64,000 nt of DNA from an uncultured virus (IMG/VR IMGVR_UViG_3300025789_000033) (lineage: Duplodnaviria > Heunggongvirae > Uroviricota > Caudoviricetes), in the IMG/VR virus record IMGVR_UViG_3300025789_000033; one strand, written 5' to 3'. The first letter of the stretch is position 1, and each line of letters opens with the position of its first letter. The notes beneath the pieces were generated by a model that saw nothing but the letters and a program-made list of their open reading frames with translations, did no database searches and was not told where the DNA came from. Below are positions 62,622 through 64,000 of the stretch, piece after piece. Position numbers and translations under genes: made by a program.

Positions 62622-64000
62622 TTATTGGTTAGCAATCATTCCAAACCCTAACCACTGACCAGGGTTACCAGCAACAGTACATACCCATCCAACATAGCTA
62701 TTGGCAGTCGGCGCAGTATTCCAGCAAATATCGCCAGCATTATAAGTACCGCTTGTTGGAGATGATGTATTATTAGTAAATCGCTTGTTGCCAAGGCTAA
62801 CATCACCGTTCACAGCAAAACTTAAACTTGGATCAGGGTTATTAACACCTACTGTTAGTGCGCCAAATACTTTAACAGTTTTGCGTGTGTTGGATTTGTC
62901 ACCTAACACAATTTGATTCATATCACTGCTTAAGATGTTAGTCTGTTGGTTAGTGATGGAAACAATTCCGCCGAAGTTAATGTTAGAAGTTGTAATATCA
63001 ACACTGTTTGTACCGTCATTCAACAACAACGATTTAACTTTAACATTGCCTTGACTTGCATCTACATCGTTGCTAAATGTGCTTGGACCTGTAACGGTTA
63101 GTGATTCTAATGATCCAACAGTGGTTAAGCTACTAGTAACAATGCTTGATCCTAATCCAGTGCTAGTAATAACACTTCGTCCACCGATCAAATAACTTTG
63201 ATCAGAGTGTAGGTCTAAACTTTCGCTACTATACAATCTATCAGGGCCAGCCATCATAATCAGCTGTCTAGGCGCACCCGTTCCGGACCACACTAATCCT
63301 AATCCGTAGATACTAGTATCACTAGTTGCTTGGAATTGTAATGGGCTAGTTCTATCAATTCTAGTATCTGCTACTAGGTTACTAACATTCAATGTACCGT
63401 AAATATTTACAACCGCATTTTGTCCAGCGGCATTTCCAAAGTTAACTTCTCCACTATTTTTTACAGTAATACGTGCAATATTGTCTGTAGTAATTTCAAG
63501 ATCGTGACTACTGTGAGTTCCGATCGAAGCTACATTAGTTCGTGGACTGCCAATTCCAATTTCAACATTGTTATCAACAATACTAAAACTTGCATTAGGC
63601 TCGTCTGTGCCAATACCGATTCTGTTATAGGTACTGTTAATAAAGACAAACTCACTAAGTGTAACGTCACCTGATACTGCTAGACTTTCTAGTGTACCTA
63701 TTGTTCTTAAACTACTGTTGACAATAGTTGAACCTAAAGTGCCGTTAGATAATACAGGCACATTGTCAATTCTAAAACTAGCATTTACATCTAAATCAAA
63801 ATTGGCATTAGTCCATAATCTAGAACCATTACGATAAACCAGCATGTTATCACTAGTGCCAGTTACCCAATGTATACCCTGTCCATTTAACTGCTGTTCA
63901 GTGTTGGCAGTGAAGTTGCCTAGCTCAAAAGCCGCACCCGATTCTGTAATTACTTGGCTAGCTTTAATAGTTTGAGCTGTTAGGGTTCCAGTGATAGTCA
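62622..64000 (-). CDS. Virion structural/tail protein, 5' end beyond the window
   Basis: The frame stays open to 64000. It has duplicated SSL.T(I/V)G.LESL.V.G units, RIGIGT.EP and a C-terminal GDICWN..P....YVGWVC...G.PG.W. Confidence 0.7.
   Translation of the reverse strand, partial: TITGTLTAQTIKASQVITESGAAFELGNFTANTEQQLNGQGIHWVTGTSDNMLVYRNGSRLWTNANFDLDVNASFRIDNVPVLSNGTLGSTIVNSSLRTIGTLESLAVSGDVTLSEFVFINSTYNRIGIGTDEPNASFSIVDNNVEIGIGSPRTNVASIGTHSSHDLEITTDNIARITVKNSGEVNFGNAAGQNAVVNIYGTLNVSNLVADTRIDRTSPLQFQATSDTSIYGLGLVWSGTGAPRQLIMMAGPDRLYSSESLDLHSDQSYLIGGRSVITSTGLGSSIVTSSLTTVGSLESLTVTGPSTFSNDVDASQGNVKVKSLLLNDGTNSVDITTSNINFGGIVSITNQQTNILSSDMNQIVLGDKSNTRKTVKVFGALTVGVNNPDPSLSFAVNGDVSLGNKRFTNNTSSPTSGTYNAGDICWNTAPTANSYVGWVCTVAGNPGQWLGFGMIANQ

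Noticed and set aside
1..64000. Stop-codon reassignment as seen in some large phages
   Set aside because: Genes are full length and densely packed under the standard code, and TAG, TGA and TAA all end genes.
1..64000. CRISPR array, tRNA or rRNA genes
   Set aside because: No repeat-spacer pattern or cloverleaf was seen, and the intergenic gaps are too short. A tRNAscan run was not possible.

Overview
This is a 64 kb segment of a large, AT-rich, T4-superfamily-like myovirus (probably a jumbo or large phage with an aquatic proteobacterial host; the host is an inference). It uses the standard genetic code and almost all genes lie on the minus strand. From left to right: (1) 1-10 kb is a replication and DNA-modification block with family B DNA polymerase, a probable sliding clamp, a DsbA-like protein, a truncated UDP-glucose dehydrogenase, a TGT/DpdA-like transglycosylase, a flavin-dependent halogenase-like enzyme, a MutH/MvaI-like nuclease, a QueD-paralogue (DpdL-like) and a glycosyltransferase. 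(2) 10-19 kb is a run of probable capsid-internal/ejected proteins sharing an M-x-(L/I)-x-E-(L/I)-x-E leader, including an RNA-ligase-like enzyme and an HxGH nucleotidyltransferase. (3) 19-23 kb holds ClpA, peptide deformylase and DnaJ. (4) 23-26 kb is a lysis cassette with a GH19 endolysin, spanins and an FG-repeat-tailed holin. (5) 26-32 kb holds PhoH, the clamp loader, GroES and a mini DnaE-like fragment. (6) 32-58.5 kb holds baseplate and tail-fibre genes, including a Hint-domain fibre and a 3928-aa protein with phycobiliprotein-like C-x-R-D repeats. (7) 58.5-64 kb holds ErpA, an ADP-ribosyltransferase-like protein, SOD, UvsE and QueD with a structured leader. The most promising candidate new system is a 7-deazaguanine DNA-modification operon that also carries a halogenase, a glycosyltransferase and a restriction-like nuclease. 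All calls come from reading motifs by eye; no database searches were run.
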